Source: Octopus bimaculoides (taxonomy: Eukaryota). Taken from it: a stretch of DNA of 64,000 nt. Location of the stretch: assembly GCF_001194135.2 (NCBI RefSeq), contig NC_068984.1:500254-564253 (forward strand). Reading direction: 5' to 3'. Under the pieces are notes generated by a model. That model saw only the letters and a program-made list of their open reading frames with translations. It ran no database searches and was not told the origin of the DNA. A program made the translations under genes and the position numbers. Below, piece after piece: positions 22,620 through 35,460 of the stretch (the first letter of the stretch is position 1; every line of letters begins with the position of its first letter).

Positions 22620-24437
22620 TACATGAAAACTCACACCTTATTTTGCTGGGTATAATAGAAAGTGTCAGCTGTCTAGAGCCAGCAGACTAAGATGACACTT
22701 GTTTTACTGGTCATGCTTCAAGAACCCTGCGAAGAATTCCTGCAGTTCCAAGCAATGCTGATTCTTGTAGGTGTTCTACCTTCACACTTGCACCAATCTT
22801 TTCCAACCATTTTGGTAGTTGAGTGCTGATACTGCCAAAAGTAATTGGTGCTCACTTTTGGTATCACGTCTACTCTCTTTATTGGCCACCGCCTTCGTAT
22901 TTCTCACTGTAAATCGTCATAGTTGTTTATTTTTACTTCTTCTTTCACATTGATCCTGTTGTCACCGGGGAATGCTATGTCGATTGTCATACATGTTCTT
23001 TCTCTTTTATTCACCACAGCAATGTCCGGTTTCCGATGCCTGGTCAGGTGATTGCACAGGATCATGACATCCCACAGGATTTTGCAGTTCTCATTCTCGG
23101 TTACTACTTCTGAGGTTTGCTCAGACCATGTCTTTGCTCTTTGTAGTCCGTGATTTCGACAAAGCTTCCAATGGATCGTTCTTGCCACATTGTCAGGGCT
23201 TCGTTTGTATTCGCCTTGTGCTAATTCCGGGCATTCACTAACGAGCTGCCATACCATTTCATCCCTTTCACAACACATTATGCAAATGTCGCTATCGGTT
23301 GTGTTGTCAATTCTGCACTTCATATAGTTGGTCCTTAACGTTTGTTCCTGGTCTGCGCATACGACAAAACATCTCACTGATAAAGAGCTTCTGTCTATCT
23401 TCAGGTCACTCTTCCTCATCCACAGCCACCGCTCCTCTGTATCTGTCCTGGCGTTCACATCTCTTGCAAACTGTCTGTAAATATTTTTTTCCTTCCATAC
23501 TTTTTGTTTAAATTTTTCTTCAGTTACACAATTTTCAGTTTTAATGACGATGGCCTTCTTTGTGCTTCAACAGTGGCTCCACGGCATTTTTTTATATACC
23601 ACTTTAGGCTTTTCTCTGCTTTGATAAGTCCTGGAAACTGATCAAACTTCTCCCTTCTGGTCAAGTACAGCCTATCGGTGATACTCTTAGGGTGGAAGGC
23701 TCCGTGTTTTGTCCACATTTTTATCGTCTTGGTATCCATTTTATAATTCCCGCTCCATACCGAAGTGATGCTATCGCCCATGTATTAACTGCTTGGATTT
23801 TATTCAATTCACTCAGTTTTGAGCGCAGTACCAACCTCAATCTTCGGAAATAGTCCATCTTCAGTTTCCCTTTCTTTTCCTATTATCTCGTTGTACTCTA
23901 GTACACCAAGGTATTTGTATCCTTCCGTTCCAATTTGCTTAATCAAGTCTCTATTCGGTAGTTCTATCCCTGCTAGGGACTGTACCATGCCTGTTTTTAG
24001 GTAGATTATTCCGCACTTCTTGAGTCCAAATTCCATTCTAATATCGGCACTAAAACAGTGGACCGTGTTCACCAAGGAACTCACTTGTGTCTCATCCTTG
24101 CCATACAGTTTCAAATCATCCATGAAGAGGAGGTGGTCGATTGTTTGGGATTTTTCCATTAGTTGTTACCCCCGCTTCATTTTCCTTAGTACCAATGCCA
24201 GTGTATCTTGCGGAGGACAAAGCAACGGAGATAAGCTGCCACCCTGGAAAATCCCTCTTCTGATACCCAGGGTGCCCAAGCTTTTTCTGTAAGATGTCAG
24301 TTCTATTTTCCATCCCACCATTCTTCTCTTCAAGAAACACGTTACATTCCTCGCAATTCCAAACAGATCGAAGCACTCGATGATCCACGAATGTGGAATC
24401 ATATCACAAGCTTTGCGATAGTCAATCCAGGCCACAT
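22620..24437 (-). mobile_element. Dong/R4-like REL non-LTR element (RT domains 3-7 to endonuclease), frameshifted
   Basis: AWIDYRKACDMIPHSW, RGIFQGGSL, HLLFMDDLKLYGK, EFGLKKC, YKYLG, RTNYMKCRID, KPDIAVVN..TIDIAFP; (TAA)n at both ends. Confidence 0.93.
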
Positions 24438-24479
24438 TATTATTATTATTATTATTATTATTATCATCATCATTATTAT

Positions 24480-25078
24480 TTTCTCTTTATCACAGGTTTT
24501 GTTGGAACTCCTGCAGTCTTGCATGCGTAACGGGATTGCTATCTGCAGTCCACGGTACCATGCTATTCGTTCTTTTCAGCAATCTAATACTTTCCTGATT
24601 ATTCTGGCTATACCAAGAAGACAACCCTTTTGTAACAGTTCTACTGGGCACTCTATTCCAATTTCCTTTATATTCCTCTGATTCCATCTGATATTGTTCC
24701 CAAGATCCCAACAATAATTGGCACTATATTCACCTTCGTTTTCCATAGCCGGGCTATTTCGTACTTAAGAGGATTGTGTCTATCTTTTCACCTCCCTTCT
24801 TGACTATTCGGGGGTCAAAGGGTCATGCAACGTCAGCTTTATAGCATCTGTGGTGCACCTTGCCCACCACCACTACTTCCGGTCTGTTATGATCTAGTTA
24901 CTGATCTGTTTGGATTGGGAAATCCCACAGGATTTTGCTAGCCTCCGACTTTGCCACTCTCTGCGGTTTGTTCTCATAACACGTCTTGTCTCTCTCTAGC
25001 CTCTACTTTTCGCACAGTTTCCAGTGTAGCACTTTCGCTGCCTGGTCGTGTCGTCACAACTTGTAGTGGTTTGGATCA
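24480..25078 (-). mobile_element. REL non-LTR element 3' end
   Basis: RHDQAAKVLHWKLC, ILWDFPIQTD, HNRPEVVVV, LLGIARIIRKVLDC*; followed by (AAT)n. Confidence 0.85.
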
Positions 25079-26969
25079 AGTCTAGGGCAAGTCTAGGGCT
25101 AAAATTATTATTATTATCAACGAAACGAAGAAAAAGTGGGGGACGTGTAGATAATGGAGAGAGAGAAGGGCGGATGGAGAGACTGAGATGGTGAGAGGAA
25201 TGGATAGAAAGAATATGAGAGAAAATTGCTTGTCTTTCAATTTGTAGAGGAGGAGCGGCTGATTAAATCTATATTCTTTATCGTGTGGTGGTCTTGACTT
25301 TCATCCATACGTGCCTCTCTCCCTCTCTTTCTGTCAGAACAACTCGACTAACACACACGTCACAGTAATCTGTTGAGCTTTTCTTTTGCTTCCTTTTATG
25401 TCTTCCTTTGTTTCTTGTGTGTTACTTAATCTTTCTAAACTTCCCTGCCTCCTTCTCCTTCTCCTTCATACCCTCTCTCTTTCTCTCACCCACCCACCCT
25501 TCTTCTTCAATGTTAATGGCGTTACAGGATTTAGTTTTATTGTAAGAGAGGATGTGACCTCGTCAAGAACTGTCAGTTGGTTGCTATAGACACACACAAG
25601 AATGGCTTCAAGACATGATAGCAGTACATCTATGAAGGAATATAGATCAATAGAATAAACTCGGACGCTGAACTTTGCAAAGTAGAGTACCGATACTATC
25701 ACCGTTAGGGAGAAGTTGTTGTTGTTGTTGTTGTTTAACCCTAGGCCACTCCTGATCGTGGTAGGTCTATGTTATGGTTATCCCGAAAGAAGATCTGTAC
25801 CGAAATTTGATTTGAAGTATTAGAATGGCAACTGGAAATTTCTGTGAGAATTTGGCCATAAGAACTCTACCTGGGTAAAGGATTTAGCATTCTATTTAGA
25901 ATATAATCTCATGTCAAATCTGAAGCTTAAATGAAATCTTGATCTACGATTAAAAGCTTTTCAGTGGAGCGAGATCGTGTCATGGAGTCTCTTGTTTAAA
26001 TGACAAAAGAGTATATTTGAAATTACATTATCCAATGTGTTCTTCGTATTTTGAAATGATAGGATGAAATATGACGGCAGTTTCACGGCTATTTCTGGCA
26101 GGTAAATGGTTAAGGAGGGCTTCATCTAGTTGACAGGAATTATGTTGGTTATACATGACTAAGAATCGAGGGTTCGAATCACGTTTGCACTTTTGCAATG
26201 TTTTCAGACATTTAAGTTACTACCTTTTTTTTTTTCCATATTTTCCTGCTTAGTAACACTTTCATACTTTACTGTCCAGCTGTAACACTTTCAGATTTTA
26301 CTATCCAACAACACTGCCTTACTTTCTGAACCAGGGTTTTTGTCAATATCTTTGGAGAGGATGATACATGGTTAGGGATGTAGTCGACATATGGCTGATA
26401 TTTTATTTGTATGTATACATGTATGTATATATGTATTTACGTATGTGTGTACATATGCATGTATCGATATGTGTATAGTAGGTAGATACCTATATATATA
26501 TANNNNNNNNNNTACACACACATGTATTCATACCTACACAAGCAAGCAAGCACTCACACACACACACAGAGAAGAGTATCAAATGTAAATAAATGCCACA
26601 TTCTAACAAGAATGCAACACAGCAAATGTCACCGTTTCCGACCCGTGATGCAGGTGGTGAATTTTATGAACTCTTAAGGATTTGCAACTTGAAATCAGGC
26701 TCCGTTGTTGGCTTTCAAGGAGTTCGTTGTGAGAATTAGACAACTCTTGCTATTTTAGTGTATTTCAAAGATAAGAAATTGTTGTAGCGGATGTGCTCTT
26801 TACTGGGAGGAAACAAGAAGCTGTAATTGATTTACAATTGCTAACCCATAACACATACACACATACAGATACAGATTAATGCATGTGTTTGTATATGTGC
26901 ATGTATGTGTGTATCTGTGGGTGAATATATGTATATATAAATATATACATGCATGTGCATTGTTTTCAG

Positions 26970-27006
<37 letters not shown>

Positions 27007-27055
27007 TATGTAAATTAGTGTATACGTATATAAATGTATGTATGTATATATATAC

Positions 27056-27086
<31 letters not shown>

Positions 27087-27489
27087 GACACATACAGACA
27101 CAGACTCTCTCTTTCTCTCTCTGTCTCACACACACATATGTTGAAATACACACATACACATACGTATATATGTGTGTGTGTGTGTGGGGGGGTATGCATG
27201 TGTGTAAATAAATAAGAATATGTATATATTTGCAATATTTCTTGTTGAAAACAAATCAAATCACGAACTCCACCGAGATCTTGACACAATTCAGTGGATT
27301 AATTCATATATTTTAGTAAGTTGCTGACTGCAACGGGTGTATAGATGTTCCGCTTGGTTGTGAGATCTTCAAGATCTCTCATTCGTGTAGAACAAACAAA
27401 GCAGCCATTGCAATCCACACACGCGCGTGCGCGCATGCATGCATACGCACACATACACTGACATACACTCACTCACTCACACACACACA

Positions 27490-27531
<42 letters not shown>

Positions 27532-27899
27532 TGTGCGCGTGTGTGTACATACAATAATATCACCGAAAATGTTGACTGATATTTATATTTATCAATACAA
27601 AAACGTAAATTCATGTGTATGTATATAAAGTATGTATATAAAGAAAGTGTGTAGATTAGTTTCTTATCTTAGGAAATAGAATACCGATGTGTCGAATGTC
27701 TCCTTAGTGGACAACATGTTAGTCACGTGACTAAGGAGATATTAACATAAAACTTGGTGAAGCAAATAAATCTTTTAGAAAGCAGCTTCTTAGTATCCAA
27801 AGAGTATCTTTTAGAATATACTAGACTGGGAAGCGAGCCAATTTGGACAGCATCACTTCCGAGACATGCAAGAAGCGATAAAACATAGTCACCATTATA

Positions 27900-28200
27900 C
27901 AAACTTGCGGAACTTGCAGAAACGTCAAGAAATTTCTATCTACAAGATCTTATCTTTTCTATGGTTGTGTATATAGGGCAAGCTCAATACCATCTGATGT
28001 TAGAAGAATTATGCGGGTTTACAAGAAATACTTTTAAGATCCGATACAATCAACACATACATTCGTTTAAGTATAAGAGAAAGAAGTAATTGCACCTCAT
28101 TCCTTGTGATCTGAAAGATCATAAATAGCAAGAGACTCTCGCAACCGAATGAATTATCAGCTTCTTTTGAATAAATAAACTTTACTAGAAGTAGAGACAA
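27900..28200 (+). mobile_element. Penelope GIY-YIG remnant
   Basis: VYIGQ...GFTRNTFKIRYNQHIHSFK resembles the 8173-8358 ORF. Confidence 0.55.
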
Positions 28201-29899
28201 CTCTTTAGAATGTAGTGCCTTTTGAGTATGTGTATTCTGGGATTGGTCAATTGACAGAGTCGTGAGATTGTCGGATAGATGTACCTTGTTGTTCACTATG
28301 CGCTAAATTCAAATCCTTCCGCGTTCAAGTTTGCATTTCCTCCTACCAGGGTCGACAAATAAAGTTCCAATCCAGAACAAGAGTTAGGGGAATTGTCAGT
28401 GCACCAAATAGGATGCTTTGCGACATTGAGTCTGGTTCTCTGCATTATTGGGTCATCACTGAGCTGGACTGTATTGGCCATTGTCATTTCCTCGGACCAC
28501 ATCAATGGAGCATAACACGAAGATCTATCTACATGCAGGGACAACTGCTGATCTTTTCGAAAACAAAATGTATCTCAATATACAACACGGAAATTAATGG
28601 GAAAAACGTTTCAAGTTATTGAATGTCGTGTTACGGCGAGATTCTCAAACAACGAAGAATTCTGTAATACGATGATGCGGATGTTAGTATTTTGAAAAGC
28701 TGTTGTCAGCTAAGTCCGTCGTGAGGATCATACAGTCGCCTTCCTCTGTGTGGTGGTCGTAGCAAGAGAGATTTTGGGGAAAGAATTGAAAATGTTGAAG
28801 ACACCTTCCCCTTCGGTAGTTTCTTCAAGTTCAAGAAGCTGAAGGTTGTTAAGGAGGAGCTCTTGATGGGCCGAGAGAACGGGAGCACTCACAGCCTGAT
28901 CACGAGGGACGGACAACACAAATGAGAGAGTGCACTTGCACTCGGTAGTCACAGTATTCCTGGATGTGTGAGCTTCCCCGGTTGTCCCTTGATATCAATC
29001 CCGTCCCACGTATTGAGATAATTCATTTGTTATGTATTTGGTCTGTCTGTTTCTCCATCATCGATTTTGCAAAACCCTTCCGGCATCATTTTTGTTATTT
29101 GTCCTTGAAACGTCCTCTCATCTGCCACCCTTGAGGAAGATATAAATTTGAACAAGAATAACAGCAACAACAAGAAACGCAACCATAATAACAACAACAG
29201 CAACAACAATAACAGCAACAACAACAACAACAACAACAACGATGATCTTGGTAGTTGTTATTGTTGTTGTAGTAAACAAGGTAGTATAGAGATGCCTGGG
29301 GAGTTGAGTCCGTGACTCGATTACAATTCATTTACAAAGATTAATGTCTTGGGCAAAGAAAGAACGAAACACACGCGCGTGCACACATACAAGAAAAAAA
29401 GCGAAGAATATATATTAAAAAAAAAAACGGTAACTATGAACGTAATCATGTTTTTTTTTAATATTTTCCAGGGAGTCCTTACAAATTCCAGGTTTCATGT
29501 CTTTCTACAGAAATCAATATTATTTCGTTAATTCGTCGTTTTCGTCACGTGGATCGCTTATCGAAAGGAACTGAAATAAGATATTGATCAGTGCCTATTG
29601 AACAGTGGATTCTGTTCAGTTATCGTGTGATCTCTCGGTAGGTTGTTCTCCGTTATTTAGCCAAGAAACTAAACTGGCTTAATGTAACTATCGGTATCAA
29701 GGGAAGAAAGACAGTGTGTTCCACTGTAATAATAAACACGACCACAAGAAATCGATATATAATCGATAAAACATTGATCTAGTGTGTCAGCCTTAAAGCT
29801 TACCGTAATCAGATCTGTGTTGCCGGTATCGATGACCAATACGACACCAAAAAATAAATCGCCGATAACAAGAGGGGAAAGACCAAGTAAGGAGGACTT

Positions 29900-30310
29900 A
29901 GTTCACGGTTTTGTTGTCATTTGCTTCTGCTGCTGCTATCGTTGATGTTGCTATCGTCGATGTTGCTAATGTCATTGACGATGCTTTCGTTGCTATTAAT
30001 GTTGCTACTTTTGTTGCTGCTACGAGGGTAAATGCTGTTGCTATTGTTGTTATAATTGCTGAGTTATTACTGTTCCTCCGGTTATTGTATCTCTCATCCT
30101 TGCTAATGCTATTGATGTTGTTCTTGCCACAGGTTGCTATGGCTGTTTCAATTCTTGTTGCTACAGTTGTTGTTGCTATTGCTATTGCTATCGTCATTGA
30201 TATTTCTGTGATTACTGATCTTGCCATTCAGTCATTGAAGTTATTACTGTTGCTATTTTTCATGCCAATGCAATGTTTCAACTGTTGCTAATGTTACAAC
30301 TGTTAGTATT
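29900..30310. repeat. Cryptically simple (GCT/GTT/ATT) low-complexity tract
   Basis: Repeated ttgttgctat/gatgttgct units. Confidence 0.8.
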
Positions 30311-30332
30311 CTGATGTTGATATTACATTCCT

Positions 30333-30713
30333 TACTCTTTTACTTGTTTCAGTCATTTGACTGTGGCCATGCTGGAGCACCACCTTTAGTCGAGCAAATC
30401 GACCCCAGGACTTATTCTTTGTAAGCTTAGTACTTATTCTATCGGTCTCTTTTGCCAAACCGCTAAGTTACGGGACGTAAACACGCCAGCATCGGCTGTC
30501 AAGCGATGTTGGGAGGACAAACACAGACACACAAACATATACATATATACACATACATATATACGACGGGCTTCTTTCAGTTTTCCTTTACCAAATCCAC
30601 TCAAGACTTTGGTCGGCGTCCTGAGGCTATAGTAGAATGCACTTGCCCAAGGTGCCACGCAGTGGGACTGAACCTGGAACCATGTGGTTGGTAAGCAAGC
30701 TACTCCTGCGCCT
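30333..30713 (-). mobile_element. SINE family A, near full length, with internal microsatellite
   Basis: Collinear with 45805-46131 and 58241-58637; small deletion in the head. Confidence 0.9.
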
Positions 30714-31401
30714 AATCTACTGTTGTCGATTCTGATATCTTTGCTGCTATAACTGTGGCAATCGTCGCTGTAGTCGTTGTTGCTATTAGATGAATCGCAG
30801 GAAAATTAACGAGTAAACATTTCGATTGTCTGGATAACATCTTCACTGAAGTTGTTTGGTCGATTGAATTTAGTTTCAAATCATTCTAAAACACATCGCA
30901 CTGCACTGGACCCCCCACCACCACACTGCAATGTCCATTCCCCTCCAAGACACTTCTTATTAGTTACAGAGGCTGAAATTTTCCAGAAGATATTTTATCA
31001 AACCTGTTCATCTGAGGTGGGTTTATCTGTTGACAAAAATGGGATAATATATTGTGTGAGGTGGGTTACTATCTGATGAAAGACATTTATATGTTTTCTG
31101 TGAATTGGGCTAATATCTTGTTCAAAGTGGGTGTATATGCAGTGTGAAATGGGTTAAATCATTGATAGTCGTAGGTTAATACGATGTGAGTCGTAATATC
31201 CTGTCAGAATATCGCATGTGTGAGTTAATAATAAATAAAGTGTGCAGAAATGGGTTAATGGCGCGCTGATTGGTAAGTCATCGTTTCGTGGGAAGTGGGT
31301 TCATTTATCTATCATCATCATCATATAGACGCTGGGCTAGGTGACATACACATGTATGCACACATATATAGGTATATATGCTTATTTATATACACACACA
31401 C

Positions 31402-31439
<38 letters not shown>

Positions 31440-31652
31440 ACATGCATACGAACATACATGTTTTTGTCTGTTATTTTACATTGATTAAAGGTGTAACAGG
31501 TAACAGAGCCATTGTCATCATTTATGCATTAGTTAGGACAACACTATCAGCACAACGACAACAACAACAACAGTAGCCAGCTGATCGTCTCTAATGCTGT
31601 TTCATTGATTACAACTGCTGTACTGATTACACATATTGTGATTACAACCAGC

Positions 31653-31691
<39 letters not shown>

Positions 31692-32114
31692 ATGTGGTGG
31701 TGGTGGTGGTTGATATACTTCAGTAAACACAACTGTAACAATTACCTGGATAGAAACCACAAATTGATTTGTATTAATTATAAATAAAACACCAATAATG
31801 ATGGTAGTGATGGTGGTGGGGGTGGGAGATGGTAGACACACATCAAGCATGCTGGACAAACTGCCTTGTTGAATTTAGTTCAGTCCCTTAACAGCGTCCA
31901 TAAAATAAATCGCCATCATGTCGTGAACTGGGGTCAGTGGACCTTACTGACCCTCCTTTCGAGCAACATAGCCTAAGGTCCAATGAGGGGCAGTACGAGA
32001 AAACCTTATCTATCTAATATTATCAATCAATCAATTAATCTGTCTGTCTGTCTGTCTGTCATGTATGTATGTATGTATGCATGCATGTATGTATGTATGT
32101 ATGTATGTATGTAT

Positions 32115-32530
32115 TTAGTCAGTTAAATTCCTCCTCTGAAGAAGGAACCGGTTTCTAACAATGATACACACAAAGCTCCATCTTTGGAATTTTGATAACG
32201 AAAACAATGTCATATTTGAAACCTGTGCAAAGTCTTGCATAGTTTTATTTTTCTGTCTATTGTTCTTGTAATGTGCAAATCAATTGGTTGATTTCTTTTT
32301 CCGAAAATCCAAGCTTATCCAGACCGACTGTTAAGCATTTACTTACAAATCCAAATGCTTCAATTATTATTGGTATAAATGTAAATTTGTAATCTTGATA
32401 TAGAAGCTGGAGGTTTCGAAGCAGTTATCCATAGTTATCTTCTTTCTTTTTGATTATCAAAGAGATATTCAGATGAGCAGGACAGCTGACCGTTGTGGCG
32501 GAACATACGTTTTCTTGTCTGCTTACAATT
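32115..32530 (-). mobile_element. REL LINE 3' end (CATA-bounded type)
   Basis: VSCPAHLNIS...NYG*LLRNLQLLYQDYKFTFIPIII; homologous to 54400-54780; bounded by (CATA)n. Confidence 0.8.
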
Positions 32531-32544
32531 GATAGATGTTCTAT

Positions 32545-33005
32545 GTATATGTATGTATGCTCTCTTTCACTTTTTAATTTACAAAATTTTTAATGGGTCA
32601 CCTACTTGGTGGCAAGGTTGTGAAGGAACTAGTTTTGTTCATCATTCTTTAAATCTTAAGACGGTTTTGCAGATTTTTATAGTCCCATATATCGTGGTCA
32701 TTTGTAGTGTATGAATTAAAGATTTGCGTTCTCTCCCCAAGATCCCAAGTTCAGCCATACTTTGCTCAAGACGAGTTAGTATGTATCCTGTTGCTCTAAT
32801 AATAATAGATACGAAGCTGAAAGTGTATGTTAGGTCCTGGATTTGCAGAATCCTTAGATGTACTCTTTCTCTTGTATTTCTCTAACAAAATTAATGTCCA
32901 GAAAGCAGCTGATTTCCACAACAGAACATTTCTTTTCTTTCTGGTCCAACACAACAATATTTGGCGGGTGTGTTTTAACTTGGGGGCTGTTTTAATTTTA
33001 TACGT
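32545..33005 (-). mobile_element. REL LINE 3' end (CATA-bounded type)
   Basis: KHTRQILLCW...SVVEISCFLDIN...IIIRATGY..GTIKICKTVLRFKE*. Confidence 0.75.
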
Positions 33006-33009
33006 GTAT

Positions 33010-33120
33010 GTATGTTACCGTTCAGTTTTATTTCAAGATTTCTGGCCAATAGAAAGGGAGCCGGTTTCTAGCCTAGATTCAAGGCTTCTTCATTGGAATT
33101 TCAACATCAACAACAGGATA
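33010..33120 (-). mobile_element. Terminal 3'UTR segment of the CATA-bounded REL LINE
   Basis: cctgttgttgatgttgaaattcc...gaaataaaactgaa also terminates the plus-strand copy at 41780-41880 and occurs at 54880-54980. Confidence 0.7.
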
Positions 33121-33199
33121 TTTTTGTTTGTTTGTATGTATGTATGTATGTATCTATCTATCTATTTGTTTTATCTGTCTATCTGTCATTATTTATCTA

Positions 33200-33375
33200 A
33201 AGGCGGTGATGTGGCCGAACCGTTAGCACGCCGGGATAGATGTTTAACGATATTTCTTCCGTCTTTACGTTCTGAGTTCAATTTCAATCGAGGGAGGTCG
33301 ACAAAATAAGTACCAGTCAAGTACGGTGGTCGATGTCATTTCCCCTCCCCTCAAAAACTGATGGCCCAATGCCAA
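33200..33375 (+). mobile_element. SINE family B
   Basis: aaggcggtgatgtggccgaaccgttagcacgccgg...ttctgagttcaa...gtcgacaaaataagtaccag. Confidence 0.8.
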
Positions 33376-33499
33376 AATTTGATCTATCTAAAATTATTGA
33401 TAATCTATCCTCATTTATCTACATATCTTACATTATTTACATCTTACAATTGTCTTTATATCTATCATCATCATCATCAATATACAAACATTATCAAAC

Positions 33500-33670
33500 T
33501 AAGACTATCCACGTATATAACATTATTGATATATCTAACATTATCAATCTAACACTATCTAAGAATATTTACCTACATAACATTATTGATATATCTAACA
33601 TTATCTCTAACATTATCTAACATTCTTTATCTAACATTATTGATCATTATCTCATAACATTATCTCTCTA
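33500..33670. repeat. Degenerate minisatellite built from taacattatc units
   Basis: taacattattgatatatctaacattatc occurs twice about 60 bp apart, followed by shorter units. Confidence 0.8.
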
Positions 33671-33904
33671 ACAAATACAAACCACTATTGTTACAACTGT
33701 TATCTTGAGAAACGAGAAATCCCAATAGAATATCAATATTTTCTACAACTTTTCTTACAGACTCCTTTAAGGCGGCCAACAGAATCATGAGACAGTAAGA
33801 ATGTATTGACGTATCTGAGCCAGCTTGCTGCACTCTGAGATCAAATCTCGCTTCTATAAACAGCCTACTCATGACAACAAAAGCTCACATGCCATATCTG
33901 ACAC

Positions 33905-34230
33905 AGACGCGTAGCTTGGTGGTTAGGGCATTCGATTGGCGATCGTAAGATCGTCAGTTCGATTCCCAACAAAGCGTTCTGTCCTTGAGCAAGTCACTTT
34001 ATTCCACGTTACTCCAGTCCACTCGGCTGGCAAAAATGAGTTGTAACTGTAATTTCAAAGGGGCCAACCTTTGTCACATTCCGTTTCATACTAAATCTTT
34101 CAGAGAACTACATTAAGGCTACTCGTGCCTGTGGAGTACTCAGCCACATGCATTTTGATTTCACGAGCAGGTTATTCTGTTGATCGGATCAACTGGAACA
34201 CTGGTCGCCGTAGTCGACGGAGTGTCAATA
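33905..34230 (+). mobile_element. SINE family C, near full length
   Basis: gcgtagcttggtggttaggg (A box), agttcgattcc (B box), body homologous to 2845-2995. Confidence 0.75.
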
Positions 34231-34643
34231 TCACTGACACATCAATAATGATGTGCAGAGTGATGTGTTAACTGGGGCAGCATCTCGCGAGCAGTATGTA
34301 TGAAAAAGGGATCTTGCATTGAAGCAAGACGAAGACCACGAACTCTCCAAACCCCATAGTTTCAGGCTTAACATCCAAAACAGTAATTTAATATAATTTC
34401 ACACCAAATTAGATATTCAGTATTTTTGTTTTAGTACAGGTGAGTCTGCGGCAACAGATTCCTTCCCACTTACAGTCCAGTCCGAGTATTCATGTATCAC
34501 CCCCACCCCACTACCTCAGGCTATGACTACCAATGATGCAAAATAATACCTTCATCTACTTCATCATTAATAAACTCTGAAATATTTCCTTCTGAAAACT
34601 TTGATTTCGCTCATTAATGCATCAGATCTACACTAACTGCAGT

Positions 34644-34810
34644 GAGGGCCGACCCTAGGTTTGTAGGCGTCTCGGGTAAGCTGGACTTCGGAGTGTACAA
34701 ACTAACAGTCATTGAAATTTCGTTGTCTTTGTCACGCCCTCCTTGGTGCCCCCCTAGCACATGGCGCCCCGGGCAACTGCCCGAGTTGCCGGTACCTCGA
34801 GCCGGCCTTG
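34644..34810. mobile_element. hAT-type MITE, 167 bp
   Basis: Perfect 8-bp TSD actgcagt (34636-34643 and 34811-34818); TIRs gagggccgac / gccggccttg (7/10 match); GC-rich. Confidence 0.85.
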
Positions 34811-35089
34811 ACTGCAGTCCCAATCTTACCTGTGCATTATTAATGAGCTCCCACTCTCACCTACATGTCACCATACACTCTAAAACCATGCATTTATCTG
34901 CTTAACGAGGATATCCTAGAGATGGAAATTACAATATTCAAAAGCATTTATTTTAACCTGTTTATATTACAAGAATCAAGAATCAATACCTTAGTAAAAT
35001 TAGAACAATTTTCTGTTTTTCTTTTTAATTGTTTAGTGGAGGGGTCGGTACCTTTAGCCTTTGCAGGATCTATAAGACCGGGAGGATGG

Positions 35090-35460
35090 AGAAGTCTGCA
35101 TTCTTGGCCTTAGCAGATTCTCCAAGATTTGGAGGGATTTGTGTCTTTAGCCTTACCACTCTGGGGTCTGGAGGAGGGATGGGGTCTGTGTTCTTAGTCT
35201 TTAAAGGCTTTGAGAGATCTAGAGAAACGAACCTTTCCCGCCCTCCTCTGAAGTCGACGGTTGTAGGGAAACATGTGTAGGGAGAAAATTGTGAAGAAGG
35301 ATGGCAGGAATTAATGCTGGGCCTGGAGTGGTTACAATACAAGTAAAGAAAAGATGAAGTATGAATGAATAGGGAGTATCTGGGTGAAGGTGACACATGA
35401 TAAGCCACCCCCGAGGAACAGAGACCAATGCAGTCCTGGTAGAAGAATCAGAGAGAGGGG
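35090..35460 (-). mobile_element. Degenerate Penelope RT thumb fragment
   Basis: HTSSFLYLYCNHSRPSINSCHPSSQF resembles the HLYFNFSS..PTHTKLSIP..QF region of the 59.9-61.0 kb element. Confidence 0.4.

Noticed and set aside
28690-28990. GC-richer stretch with short open frames on both strands (including an RSKR motif)
   Set aside because: No convincing splice sites or recognisable protein; weak resemblance to a decayed CR1-type RT C-terminus, not assignable
29898-30291. Ala/Thr-rich and hydrophobic ORFs of 109-126 aa
   Set aside because: Low-complexity trinucleotide tract, open on both strands
32134-32160. ctgaagaagg as a fourth hammerhead
   Set aside because: No GAAA box after the stem; it is part of the LINE 3'UTR on the opposite strand
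33500-33670. CRISPR-like repeat spacing
   Set aside because: Eukaryotic context; the intervening sequence is made of the same degenerate unit, so it is a minisatellite
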